This document shows positions 1 to 8,299 of a stretch of DNA of 32,259 nucleotides, piece by piece (position 1 is the stretch's first letter; each line of letters starts with the position of its first letter). The notes beneath the pieces are model-generated. The model worked only from the letters and a program-made list of their open reading frames with translations. It was not told the origin of the DNA and did not search any database. The stretch is taken from the IMG/VR virus record IMGVR_UViG_3300021368_001285, positions 1 to 32,259 of that record; one strand, written 5' to 3'. Made by a program: the position numbers and the translations under genes. Origin of the DNA: a virus. Taxonomy: Duplodnaviria; Caudoviricetes.

Positions 1-68
1 ACAAGAATGACTTTACTAGAAGAAGCATTAGATTACAACAACGCAATAAGAAAGGACCAAACTTGAAA

Positions 69-1022
69 ATGAAAATAATTACAGGAAATGCTAATCCTAA
101 ATTAGCAAAGGAGATTGCAGAACATTGTTTTGCAACTCTAGTCCCAGCAGATGTAACTACCTTTGCTGACGGCGAGTCAAGTGTAGAGTTTAAAGAAAAC
201 ATACGTGGCGAAGATGTGTTTATTGTACAAAGCACATGCACTCCTGTAAATGATAGTTTAATGGAATTGCTTATTATGATTGATGCCGCTAGACGTTCAA
301 GTGCAAGTAGGATAACGGCTGTAGTACCTTACTTTGGTTATGCAAGACAAGATCGTAAGAGTGCAAGTCGTACTCCCATCACAGCAAAGTTGGTTGCTAA
401 TCTATTAGTTACAGCAGGTGCAGACAGAATACTTACAATGGATTTACATGCAGGACAGATACAGGGCTTCTTTGATATTCCAGTGGATGATTTAACAAGC
501 CGTGTAGTTTTTGCAAAAGACATTAAACGTTCAATAGGTATTATTGATGATCCAACTGTAGAACAAGCGAAGACTGTATTTGTTTCTCCAGATGCAGGCG
601 GAGTTGTCCGTGCTAGAAAGTTTGCAGATATGTTTAATGGCGACATTGCTATTGTAGACAAGATGCGTCCTGAAGCAGGCAAATCAGAAGTAATGAATCT
701 AATTGGTGATGTCAAAGGCAAACATGCTATTCTAGTCGATGATATTGTAGACTCAGGTGGTACACTATGTAATGCCGCCCAAGCAATTATGGATCAAGGT
801 GCTCTAAGTGTAAGAGCTTATATTACTCATGGAGTATTAAGCAACGAAGCATGTCAAAAGGTTGAGAAGTCAGTACTTGATGAACTTGTTGTGACTGATT
901 CAATTGCCAATCGTTGTCCTAAGAACTGCAAAAAGACTAGACAAGTAAGTGTTGCTAACCTGTTTGGTGAAGCAATGCGTAGAGTAACAAACGAAGAATC
1001 AGTTAGTAGCCTTTTTATATAA
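69..1022 (+). CDS. prs: Ribose-phosphate pyrophosphokinase (PRPP synthetase)
   Basis: Canonical motifs FADGE, PYFGYARQDRK, DLHAGQIQGFF, VSPDAGG and the PRPP-binding loop VDDIVDSGGT. ATG at 69 preferred over TTG at 63. Confidence 0.96.
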   Translation: MKIITGNANPKLAKEIAEHCFATLVPADVTTFADGESSVEFKENIRGEDVFIVQSTCTPVNDSLMELLIMIDAARRSSASRITAVVPYFGYARQDRKSASRTPITAKLVANLLVTAGADRILTMDLHAGQIQGFFDIPVDDLTSRVVFAKDIKRSIGIIDDPTVEQAKTVFVSPDAGGVVRARKFADMFNGDIAIVDKMRPEAGKSEVMNLIGDVKGKHAILVDDIVDSGGTLCNAAQAIMDQGALSVRAYITHGVLSNEACQKVEKSVLDELVVTDSIANRCPKNCKKTRQVSVANLFGEAMRRVTNEESVSSLFI

Positions 1023-1023
1023 G

Positions 1024-1632
1024 TTATTTTACAAAAGCACCTATTCTACCATGCACATCTGGATAATCAACATAATGATATCCTTCTGGCGGCTCTTTGC
1101 TTTGCCCTTCCCATACAGGTATAAATTCTTCTCCAGCATAGTCAAAGTCTTCGTTGTATCTAAAGTGTACTTCAATAACTTTATTATCTATATATTCAAT
1201 GTTAAGCCATTCCTTATAGGCAAATTGTTGTAGTTCATTAGGAAGAGGTATATTGTCATCTACTCTAGTCCATCTATCCCATTTAGTAAATGTATCTTGG
1301 CTTTTGAATCCTTCTACACAAAGCACTTGTTCGCCATAGTTATAATCAATGCTAAGGTGCCTGCCTTCAAACCACTCGCACCAAAAATGTCCAACAGGTA
1401 AATCCATTGTAGACTTTTCTATATAGACCTTTTGTGTTCCTAGTCCTAGGCCTATCATGTTTACACACGGACGCACACAGTACCAACCTGGTTGTGAAAC
1501 ATCTAATCCTACTGGACCTGCTTTATAACCTAACTTTCTTGCTAAGATAAGTTTGTCCATAACCCAGAGTTCGTCCGGGTTAATATTGCGCCATACAAAG
1601 TCTTCTTCAGAGTCTTCAATCCATTCGTTCAA
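1024..1632 (-). CDS. Conserved phage protein, probable truncated ATP-grasp fold
   Basis: DKL..ARKLG, VRPCVNMIGLGLG, FWCEWFEGRHLSIDY and NIEYIDNKVIEVHFR recall the ATP-grasp elements (K-P..G, E...G...S.D, E..ExN/HxR). Overlaps the 3' end of the lipase gene. Confidence 0.55.
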   Translation of the reverse strand: MNEWIEDSEEDFVWRNINPDELWVMDKLILARKLGYKAGPVGLDVSQPGWYCVRPCVNMIGLGLGTQKVYIEKSTMDLPVGHFWCEWFEGRHLSIDYNYGEQVLCVEGFKSQDTFTKWDRWTRVDDNIPLPNELQQFAYKEWLNIEYIDNKVIEVHFRYNEDFDYAGEEFIPVWEGQSKEPPEGYHYVDYPDVHGRIGAFVK

Positions 1633-2374
1633 TGTGTTTTATATACTCCGACATGCTATGATCTGAAAAGCTATCTATCTTGCCTTGTTTCCATCCCATC
1701 CAAATACCACGACATTTATCTTTGAATCTCTGCCATCCTGTTGGGTTTCTATAGTTACCGTATGCATTTAGATAATGTTCTGTACCACAATGCCTGTAGC
1801 CCATTATCCATAAAGGCACTGTTGTTACAATGTCATTGTTGTTCTTCCATCTGTGATGAACAGTTCCGAAACTCTTAACATACGTTGGCCAACCTACTCT
1901 TGGTGAACCAAATGTGTATAATTCAATTGGATTGTTTAAATCTATATTGTTTTCTGCTCTGTTTGCAATAATAGTTGCCATTGCACCACCTAATGAATGT
2001 CCACATACCCAAAGGTTCTTTGTAACATTTGTTTTACGACTAATGTCTTCTTCTATCATAGGCCATAGATCATCTACTTCTGTCTTGAAACCTTTGTGTA
2101 CTCTACTTATAGTTTCTGCCATTACAGGCACAGCATTCAGATCTGCTTTAATATCATTGAATTCATTTGGCTGTGTTCCTCTGCAAGCAATTACTAAATC
2201 TGTTTTATTCATAAAACGATATGCCTGTGCTCCGTCTTTTTGGTAAAATTCGGTTGTGGTAAAGCCTAATGATCTGGCTTGACTTTTTGCGTCTTTGACG
2301 TTACTATAGGCAATACTAGCTAATTTTGCAAATAGTAAGGATCGTTCTTTGAAATTCATATCGTTTATTGACAT
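1616..2374 (-). CDS. Class 3 lipase (alpha/beta hydrolase)
   Basis: IACRGT, VHKGF, nucleophile elbow GHSLGG, YTFGSPRVG, DIVTTVP and a C-terminal DH. Start moved to 2374 because GGAGGG lies just upstream (ORF track start 2389). Confidence 0.9.
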   Translation of the reverse strand: MSINDMNFKERSLLFAKLASIAYSNVKDAKSQARSLGFTTTEFYQKDGAQAYRFMNKTDLVIACRGTQPNEFNDIKADLNAVPVMAETISRVHKGFKTEVDDLWPMIEEDISRKTNVTKNLWVCGHSLGGAMATIIANRAENNIDLNNPIELYTFGSPRVGWPTYVKSFGTVHHRWKNNNDIVTTVPLWIMGYRHCGTEHYLNAYGNYRNPTGWQRFKDKCRGIWMGWKQGKIDSFSDHSMSEYIKHIERMD

Positions 2375-2401
2375 GATGCCCTCCTTCATCTATTACAATC
2401 A

Positions 2402-2422
2402 TATTTATTTCTACGCTAAATA
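2402..2422. promoter_or_regulatory. Back-to-back late-type promoters (TAAATA on each strand)
   Basis: TATTTA at 2402-2407 (TAAATA on -, facing the lipase) and TAAATA at 2417-2422 (facing the + strand cluster). Matches the core of the T4 late TATAAATA box. Confidence 0.6.
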
Positions 2423-2440
2423 GTTATACGGAGCAAAGTC

Positions 2441-2704
2441 ATGAAAAAACGTACAAGATCGATATTGGAAGAATTAAATGAATTAGGCCGTAATCACGGA
2501 AATGATCGTTTAATCGAAACCACAGCAAATAATTTGATTGAAAGCAGTATTAACCTTATCAATCGAATAGGCAGTACCTACGATGAATACAACGCAGGTG
2601 ATTTAGAACGTAGGTTTATCAATGCTATTAAGAGCGGCGATCCACGAAAATTCAAACGTGGCATAAAGAAAGTTATTGAGAGCAAAAATAATGATACTGA
2701 ATGA
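2441..2704 (+). CDS. Hypothetical phage protein (helical, 87 aa)
   Basis: GGAG RBS; first gene of the + strand cluster; overlaps the next gene. Confidence 0.75.
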   Translation: MKKRTRSILEELNELGRNHGNDRLIETTANNLIESSINLINRIGSTYDEYNAGDLERRFINAIKSGDPRKFKRGIKKVIESKNNDTE

Positions 2705-3536
2705 AGGTGGTAATGTTTTTAAGAAAGTAGAAGGAGAAGAGGTAATACCTCTTACCCAAAGAATTGCTACTCCTGACATTAAACCTACCATAGAATGGAT
2801 GAATACAACTTTTGGATTCAATTTTGTAGACGAAGACATGCTTGGAACCACTGGTAAAAAATCTAAAGAAGATGGTACGTTTGAAGAAAATAGTTCTGGC
2901 GACATAGATCTAAATGTAGATACAAATGCATTACCTAAAGAAGAAATAATCGCAAAACTAACTTCATGGTGTCAAAAGCAAGGAATACCTGATCTTGAAA
3001 TAATGAACAAAGGCAGAACTTTCACAGCAGGTTGGGTAGCAAATGCAGGACTACAAGTTCATTTTAGAACTCCTATAAGAGGAGATGTTAAAAACGGATT
3101 TTGTCAAACAGACTTTATGCTCACAGATAATCCTAATTTGCAAAGAGGTGCAAAAAGAGGCGGCACTGAAAACTATACTGGCGCCGACCGAGCTGTGCTA
3201 TTAGCAAGCCTAGCAAGAGGTAGAGGTTATAAATTTAGTCCTACAAAAGGCGTAGTAGATCCTAACAATGGTGACGCAGTGATTGCTAACGATTGGGATG
3301 AAATAGCAAAGGTTTTACTAGGGCCAAATGCTAAAGAGCCTGATACACATACAGTAGAAAGTATGCTGGCGGCAATTAAAGGAGAGCCAAACTTTCAAGA
3401 ACTAATTGCACCATGGCTCGAAGCAATGGAGAAGCAAGGTAAAGGATTGCCCTTTGAAAGCCTAGAAGATAAACAGCTAGGAAGAATTAAAGAATTAAGC
3501 GGAATGCTTGTTAACAGTGTTAAGATGTACTCATGA
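2691..3536 (+). CDS. Pol-beta-superfamily nucleotidyltransferase-like protein, probably virion-packaged
   Basis: LGTTG (2841), SGDIDL (DxD at 2901) and a third acidic residue in QTDF (3111). N-terminus MILNE-GG; C-terminal LGRIKELSG. ATG at 2691 preferred. Confidence 0.65.
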   Translation: MILNEGGNVFKKVEGEEVIPLTQRIATPDIKPTIEWMNTTFGFNFVDEDMLGTTGKKSKEDGTFEENSSGDIDLNVDTNALPKEEIIAKLTSWCQKQGIPDLEIMNKGRTFTAGWVANAGLQVHFRTPIRGDVKNGFCQTDFMLTDNPNLQRGAKRGGTENYTGADRAVLLASLARGRGYKFSPTKGVVDPNNGDAVIANDWDEIAKVLLGPNAKEPDTHTVESMLAAIKGEPNFQELIAPWLEAMEKQGKGLPFESLEDKQLGRIKELSGMLVNSVKMYS

Positions 3537-4711
3537 GATATAGTGAAATAAAACTTGTTGAATCTAAGATTTTATTGAATGAAGGTGCTCGCATTGATCA
3601 CGCAGAGGATATTGTCTTCTGGGAAGGTTCTAAAGGAGCCGTGCGTGCCTTAAATTCATTAAAGGCTACAGAAGAAGGAGGGCACGGTAATGTCACAATC
3701 AAATGGGATGGATCTCCCGCAATCATTTTTGGGCGCGATGAGAATGGAAAATTCGTACTCACAGACAAATCAGGATTTGGTGCAAAGGGATACGATGGAA
3801 GAGCAACAGACGGCCCTGCTCTATTCAAAATGCTTATGGCCCGCCCCGGCGCACGTAACCCAGACAAAGAAAAAGCGGAAGGATACGCCAGGTTTGCAAC
3901 AAATATGAAAGACATCTTTGACGAGTATGAAAAAGCAACTCCGAAAAATTTTAGGGGATATTTAAAAGGCGACCTATTATATTTTAATACGCCAGAGATC
4001 AAAGACAATCATTATATTTTTACACCTAACATTGTTTCTTATGAAGTTAATGTAACAAGTGAATTAGGTAGAAAGATAGGACAAAGCAAAAGCGGAATTG
4101 TTGTTCATAGAATGGTAAATGATCAAGGTGCTGAAGGTCCAGTACCTGCAAACTTTCAACTGCAAGGCACTGAAGTTTTATTATTCCCTACTGTGAGTAT
4201 GCAAGAACCACCTGCTATTGACGATGAAGATATAAATGATATGAAGGCAATGGTTGCAAGAAATGCAGGATTGATAGATAAAATGTTAAATGTATCTACT
4301 CTAACACAATTAAAAATTAAAGATTTACCAACATTGTTTTACAACTACACTAACAGTAAAGTAGATACAGGTCTTGAAGATCTAGGTGTAGATTTTATAC
4401 AGTGGTTAAATGCAAGTAAAGCAAGTGAAAACAAAAAGCGTAACATCACACAATATATCGCACAGAATGAACAAGCATTCAATGCAATGTGGACTATTGT
4501 AAATGGTATAATGAAAATCAAAGACAAGATCATTAAACAGTTTGACAGCAATGAGGCAACTGTTAAGGCACATATTGGACCGCACGGACCTGCGGCCTCT
4601 GATACACACGGTGAAGGGGGTGAAGGTTATGTACTGGCTCACCCTGAAGGTGATATTAAACTTGTACCTCGCCAATACTTCACAAGAGCAAATAGATCAG
4701 TACAAAGATAA
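3533..4711 (+). CDS. ATP-dependent ligase-like protein (KxDG covalent nucleotidyltransferase fold; DUF6267-like)
   Basis: Motif I TIKWDGSP (K at 3701), motif III-like KGDLLY (3968), motif IV GEGYV (4622), motif V-like IKLV (4658). ATGA overlap with the upstream gene. Confidence 0.6.
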   Translation: MRYSEIKLVESKILLNEGARIDHAEDIVFWEGSKGAVRALNSLKATEEGGHGNVTIKWDGSPAIIFGRDENGKFVLTDKSGFGAKGYDGRATDGPALFKMLMARPGARNPDKEKAEGYARFATNMKDIFDEYEKATPKNFRGYLKGDLLYFNTPEIKDNHYIFTPNIVSYEVNVTSELGRKIGQSKSGIVVHRMVNDQGAEGPVPANFQLQGTEVLLFPTVSMQEPPAIDDEDINDMKAMVARNAGLIDKMLNVSTLTQLKIKDLPTLFYNYTNSKVDTGLEDLGVDFIQWLNASKASENKKRNITQYIAQNEQAFNAMWTIVNGIMKIKDKIIKQFDSNEATVKAHIGPHGPAASDTHGEGGEGYVLAHPEGDIKLVPRQYFTRANRSVQR

Positions 4712-4724
4712 AGGAACCATAACT

Positions 4725-5108
4725 ATGAAAATGAAAGACATTGTAAAAGAAGACTTCAATGATATTGATGATCTTAACTTAGGAAACGTAGGTAAAGAAC
4801 TTGACCAAGACGAGAAAGTCGGAAAAGGTTTCGACAAAGAATCTATGTTTGACCAATTAGGTAAAATCCTAGACAGCCAAAGCAATCCTAACCCAGTGAC
4901 AACTGTTACAACTGATGATGGAGAGACTGTAGAAGTTACACCTCAACAAGCAAGAACATTGAGAATGATGCTTACATCAGACAACATCAAGCCGCAAGCA
5001 AAATTAAGATTTACAAAAGAGTTGCAAATGAGCAACACCTTACATGATTTTGTAGATGTTAAAGACTATCACGAGATGCCAAAAATATTCATGCAAAAAT
5101 ATATGTAG
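4725..5108 (+). CDS. Hypothetical protein, putative head/internal protein
   Basis: AAGGA RBS at 4711-4715 and ATG at 4725 (the ORF track extends to 4542 inside the previous gene). Starts MKMKDIVKE. Confidence 0.7.
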   Translation: MKMKDIVKEDFNDIDDLNLGNVGKELDQDEKVGKGFDKESMFDQLGKILDSQSNPNPVTTVTTDDGETVEVTPQQARTLRMMLTSDNIKPQAKLRFTKELQMSNTLHDFVDVKDYHEMPKIFMQKYM

Positions 5109-5115
5109 GTGCTAG

Positions 5116-5985
5116 ATGCAATTTTTACAAGAACTACACGAAGCAAGGATGACAAGGAATGCCAACAATCAACGTGTCCTCACGTATACTGATTGTTGTG
5201 AACGATTATACTTGAGTGTGTTGATTATTGATTTGCTTAGAAGGTTCCCTAAGTATAAACGATCCGCACAAAACTATTGTAATTTAACCACTCGTTATCC
5301 AGGATACGGAAGTTTTAAAATAAGCGGCAGTGACTTGTATAACTTTATTTACTTTGTGGATGGTGATGAGAAAGCACAGGATAAGTTGAAAGATCCAGGT
5401 GCGGCAAAAACAATGCGTCAAAGAACATATCTTCCTACTAGCCAATTAAATGGCTATCTTACTGCGATTGCAAATGGTAATGAACCTTCACAAAGCAATA
5501 TCTTAATTAGTTTAGAAAATGCATTGCGTATTCAAAACACCGACTACAAAAATATGCGTAGAGCAATTGGAAACTTTGATACACTTACACGAGAAGATAG
5601 GAAAAAGAATGTCACAAGACTGTTGTATGCCGCAAGAGCAAAACTACGTTCAAGTGATATTATTGATGACTTAGAAAAACTAGCAGTAGATAAGAATTTT
5701 GAAACAGGTTTAGTTATTGATAACGAGCCTACCGTTAGTATTCCAGATGTACCTGTAGCAGTAGGAGATTTTGTAAACTATAGATTCCTAGTTGGTGCTA
5801 AGAACATTACACTAGCAAGAAGATCTATAGAATTAGCAGTAAGTGGTGCAAGTGTTCCTGGCAACGTATTAAAAGCATACTTACCTGTTATACAAATGGT
5901 GCATGATATTGTACGTGCAGGCCCTGCTTTTATACAACAATTACGTGTTTTGCACAAAAGAGCCCAAAAAACGCTCAAAGACTAG
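5116..5985 (+). CDS. Hypothetical protein, putative virion protein
   Basis: 289-aa ORF with AGGTG RBS, starting MQFLQELHE. No recognisable catalytic motif. Confidence 0.75.
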   Translation: MQFLQELHEARMTRNANNQRVLTYTDCCERLYLSVLIIDLLRRFPKYKRSAQNYCNLTTRYPGYGSFKISGSDLYNFIYFVDGDEKAQDKLKDPGAAKTMRQRTYLPTSQLNGYLTAIANGNEPSQSNILISLENALRIQNTDYKNMRRAIGNFDTLTREDRKKNVTRLLYAARAKLRSSDIIDDLEKLAVDKNFETGLVIDNEPTVSIPDVPVAVGDFVNYRFLVGAKNITLARRSIELAVSGASVPGNVLKAYLPVIQMVHDIVRAGPAFIQQLRVLHKRAQKTLKD

Positions 5986-6003
5986 CTTTTTTCACCTACA
6001 GAC

Positions 6004-6038
6004 TAAATACATTATACAAACTTCACAGAGTGTGAAGT
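6004..6038 (+). promoter_or_regulatory. Late-type TAAATA box followed by a 5' leader hairpin
   Basis: TAAATA at 6004-6009; perfect stem ACTTCACA-gag-TGTGAAGT at 6020-6038; strong AAAGGAG RBS downstream. Confidence 0.6.
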
Positions 6039-6064
6039 GTCATTTATGATTAAAGGAGAAGAAA

Positions 6065-6424
6065 ATGGCAGTAACATATGACGTAACACCAGCTAACGGC
6101 GGTGCAAATGCAGTAGGTACACTTGAAATCACTGCACAAATGAAAGCATTCGTAATTGGAATCGATTCAGCTTCCGATGGTACAGACGATGCACCAGTAG
6201 ATTTAAGAGCAAATGATGGATCAAATGGTTCTTTATATGATCTTATCCTACGTGAGCTAAACCCACTAATGGCACATGCTCCAAACGATTCAACAGGCGT
6301 AATTTCTGTGATCATGGACGGTCATCACAACACAGCAGATTCAATTGCTAGACGTTTAGAAGCACTAGACGGTGTTGGAACAGACACAACTGTAACAGAA
6401 GGTACAGCTATCGTAGTTAGCTAA
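6065..6424 (+). CDS. Small acidic virion structural protein (probably abundant)
   Basis: Monocistronic unit with its own late box, strong RBS and terminator. Ala/Gly/Thr/Asp-rich composition typical of virion proteins. Confidence 0.65.
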   Translation: MAVTYDVTPANGGANAVGTLEITAQMKAFVIGIDSASDGTDDAPVDLRANDGSNGSLYDLILRELNPLMAHAPNDSTGVISVIMDGHHNTADSIARRLEALDGVGTDTTVTEGTAIVVS

Positions 6425-6448
6425 TAGTTTTAGAACTATTCTAAACAT

Positions 6449-6480
6449 AAAGGGCTCAGTTTTTACTGGGCCCTTTTTTT
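6449..6480 (+). terminator. Rho-independent terminator
   Basis: AAAGGGCTCAGT-tttt-ACTGGGCCCTTT stem (one G-U pair) followed by a T-tract. Confidence 0.9.
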
Positions 6481-6497
6481 ATCTCTGTAAATACTGT

Positions 6498-6896
6498 ATG
6501 AAATTTAAACTGACAACTGTTGTTGACATCACTGAAACACGAGCTCGTAGAGGTGAAGATAAAAAGCAAGTTAACCAACAAGCAAACTATAATACCATGT
6601 TTCAAACTATAGGACTACGTGTAAACGTTGATCCGATTAGTTTAGAAAGCAAGGTTGTAGATGTAAATGGAATAGGCTTTGGCACAGGTATTAAAGGTAA
6701 ACAGCGTGTATGGACATTTGAGTTTGATAATCCATATACAGGTGCTTTAACAACTGACATGTTGGTACAGGATTTTGATCTAGTACCTGTAATTACAGGC
6801 TTAGATGAAACAGCTCATATACAAAATAATATTTTTTCAACAAACCACGAAAATGACTGTAATATTGTTTTTAAATTTGATGAAAATGATAAATAA
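6498..6896 (+). CDS. Hypothetical phage protein
   Basis: 132-aa ORF. TAAATA at 6488-6493 lies only 4 nt before the ATG and no SD is visible. Confidence 0.75.
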   Translation: MKFKLTTVVDITETRARRGEDKKQVNQQANYNTMFQTIGLRVNVDPISLESKVVDVNGIGFGTGIKGKQRVWTFEFDNPYTGALTTDMLVQDFDLVPVITGLDETAHIQNNIFSTNHENDCNIVFKFDENDK

Positions 6897-6995
6897 ATTT
6901 ATAATCACGTAACAAGGCATACACAGGCATCCATTCATTAGGCCAACTAAGAGTTTACTAATTGCCCGAGAGTAAGGGTAAAATGGAGAAGAGAA

Positions 6996-7232
6996 ATGGC
7001 GAAGTCCACAGACCTAGAAAAAGAAAACTTAGAAGCACACGTCGACTTATGCGCTCAGCGTTATGAGGTCTTAGAAGGTCGCCTCACCAAAATCGAAGAA
7101 AAAGTAGAACGCATACACGAAGACATCACAAGCGGTAATAAATCTATTATGAAAGTGATGATAGGCGCCGCAGGCACTGTGGTTGCAGGACTACTTTCCA
7201 CCATTGTCGTACTTTTAATTTCCTTACAATAA
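6996..7232 (+). CDS. Small coiled-coil protein with a C-terminal transmembrane helix (XhlA/holin-like)
   Basis: Heptad region RYEVLEGRLTKIEEKVERIHE followed by the hydrophobic VMIGAAGTVVAGLLSTIVVLLISL. GGAG RBS. Confidence 0.55.
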   Translation: MAKSTDLEKENLEAHVDLCAQRYEVLEGRLTKIEEKVERIHEDITSGNKSIMKVMIGAAGTVVAGLLSTIVVLLISLQ

Positions 7233-7249
7233 AATAACTAAATAAGTAT

Positions 7250-7525
7250 ATGTTAGTAAGTGAGTTTATTCAACCTCTTGATGAAAAACAAGTATGGGGC
7301 CGTAAAGGTAGCACACTTGTTAGAAAGTATCGTTGTACAACAGGACAACGTAAGAATAGAGTTGTATCTAATCCTGCACAATGTTTTTCACCAATTGATA
7401 CTAAAAAAAGAGCAGTAATGAAAAGAACAAGAGCTAGACTAGCAGGCAAAATGGCAAGGAAAGCAAAGCGTACCAAACGCACTAATCCAGCCAGTATTAG
7501 ACTAGCAAAAGGTTTGAACAGATGA
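7250..7525 (+). CDS. Highly basic small protein A, putative DNA-binding core protein
   Basis: Very K/R-rich, with the motif RCTTGQRK..V.SNPAQC..P. Paralogue of the next gene. Confidence 0.7.
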   Translation: MLVSEFIQPLDEKQVWGRKGSTLVRKYRCTTGQRKNRVVSNPAQCFSPIDTKKRAVMKRTRARLAGKMARKAKRTKRTNPASIRLAKGLNR

Positions 7526-7806
7526 TAGTTTTTGAAATTACACAAAGGGCATATCAAAGAAAACCTGGTCAAACTCCTAGTCTTAAATTTAGATGTACAA
7601 GTGGCCCAAGAAAAGGACAAGTTCGAGCAAGTCCTGCTTCTTGTAATGCGCCATTGAACATTAAAAAAAGTAATACATTGAAAAAGACAAGACGAGGAAA
7701 AAGTTCAATCGTTGCGGCGAAAACTAAAATTACAAAACGTTCAGGTGCAGGTTCTAGGAGAGTAGCATCAATGAATAAGCCACGCAAGAGAGGTAGAAAG
7801 ATATGA
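7522..7806 (+). CDS. Highly basic small protein B, paralogue of 7250-7525
   Basis: RCTSGPRK..V.ASPASC..P motif; K/R-rich; ATGA overlaps on both sides. Confidence 0.7.
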   Translation: MIVFEITQRAYQRKPGQTPSLKFRCTSGPRKGQVRASPASCNAPLNIKKSNTLKKTRRGKSSIVAAKTKITKRSGAGSRRVASMNKPRKRGRKI

Positions 7807-8102
7807 AGATTACAGAACTAGATCAACAAATGGGTCAACCTCAATCTCAAGCACCTATGGGTACAAGTCAAGCACCAAGTGCTAATCCGCCAACAGGAGG
7901 AGCACAGGCGCCAAGTGGAGCACGTGGCAATCCCAATATGCCAGATGGACAAATGCAAGCACCTGATCCTCAAGCGGCGGCAAAAGCAGAAGCAGAAAAA
8001 AAGCAATCAATGGCACAACAAAGAGCGTCTTTGCAAGCTCAGATCAAATCTTTAGATGATCAAAAGAAAGCACTACAAGCACAGATGGCGGCACTTAAAT
8101 GA
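7803..8102 (+). CDS. Low-complexity Q/P/A-rich protein with a C-terminal coiled coil
   Basis: MKITEL start; disordered QPQSQAP region; heptad RASLQAQIKSLDDQKKALQAQMAAL. Confidence 0.7.
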   Translation: MKITELDQQMGQPQSQAPMGTSQAPSANPPTGGAQAPSGARGNPNMPDGQMQAPDPQAAAKAEAEKKQSMAQQRASLQAQIKSLDDQKKALQAQMAALK

Positions 8103-8299
8103 AATTAAACGAACTATTAGATAGTTTTGAAATATACATGACAAATGAAGAAGAAGCGGAATACTCCAAGCTCGAAGGTATGGTTCCTCTGGCAAGTTTA
8201 AGTGAACGACAGCAATTCATTATAAACAACCTTATACGTAAGAGTTTGGTAAGTAAAATACAGTCAAACAAGGGTATAATGGTTGCTAAAAATGATTGA
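8099..8299 (+). CDS. Small hypothetical protein, possible winged-helix fragment
   Basis: LSERQQFIINNLIRKSLVSK resembles a wHTH recognition helix/wing. ATGA coupling with the upstream gene. Confidence 0.55.
   Translation: MKLNELLDSFEIYMTNEEEAEYSKLEGMVPLASLSERQQFIINNLIRKSLVSKIQSNKGIMVAKND

Noticed and set aside
1-66. 3' end of an upstream gene (frame 1, ...LLEEALDYNNAIRKDQT-stop)
   Set aside because: Plausible but too short to verify or assign; frame 3 is also open here.
4542-4724. N-terminal extension of the 4542-5108 ORF
   Set aside because: It overlaps the ligase-like gene; an RBS and leader-type start at 4725 fit better.
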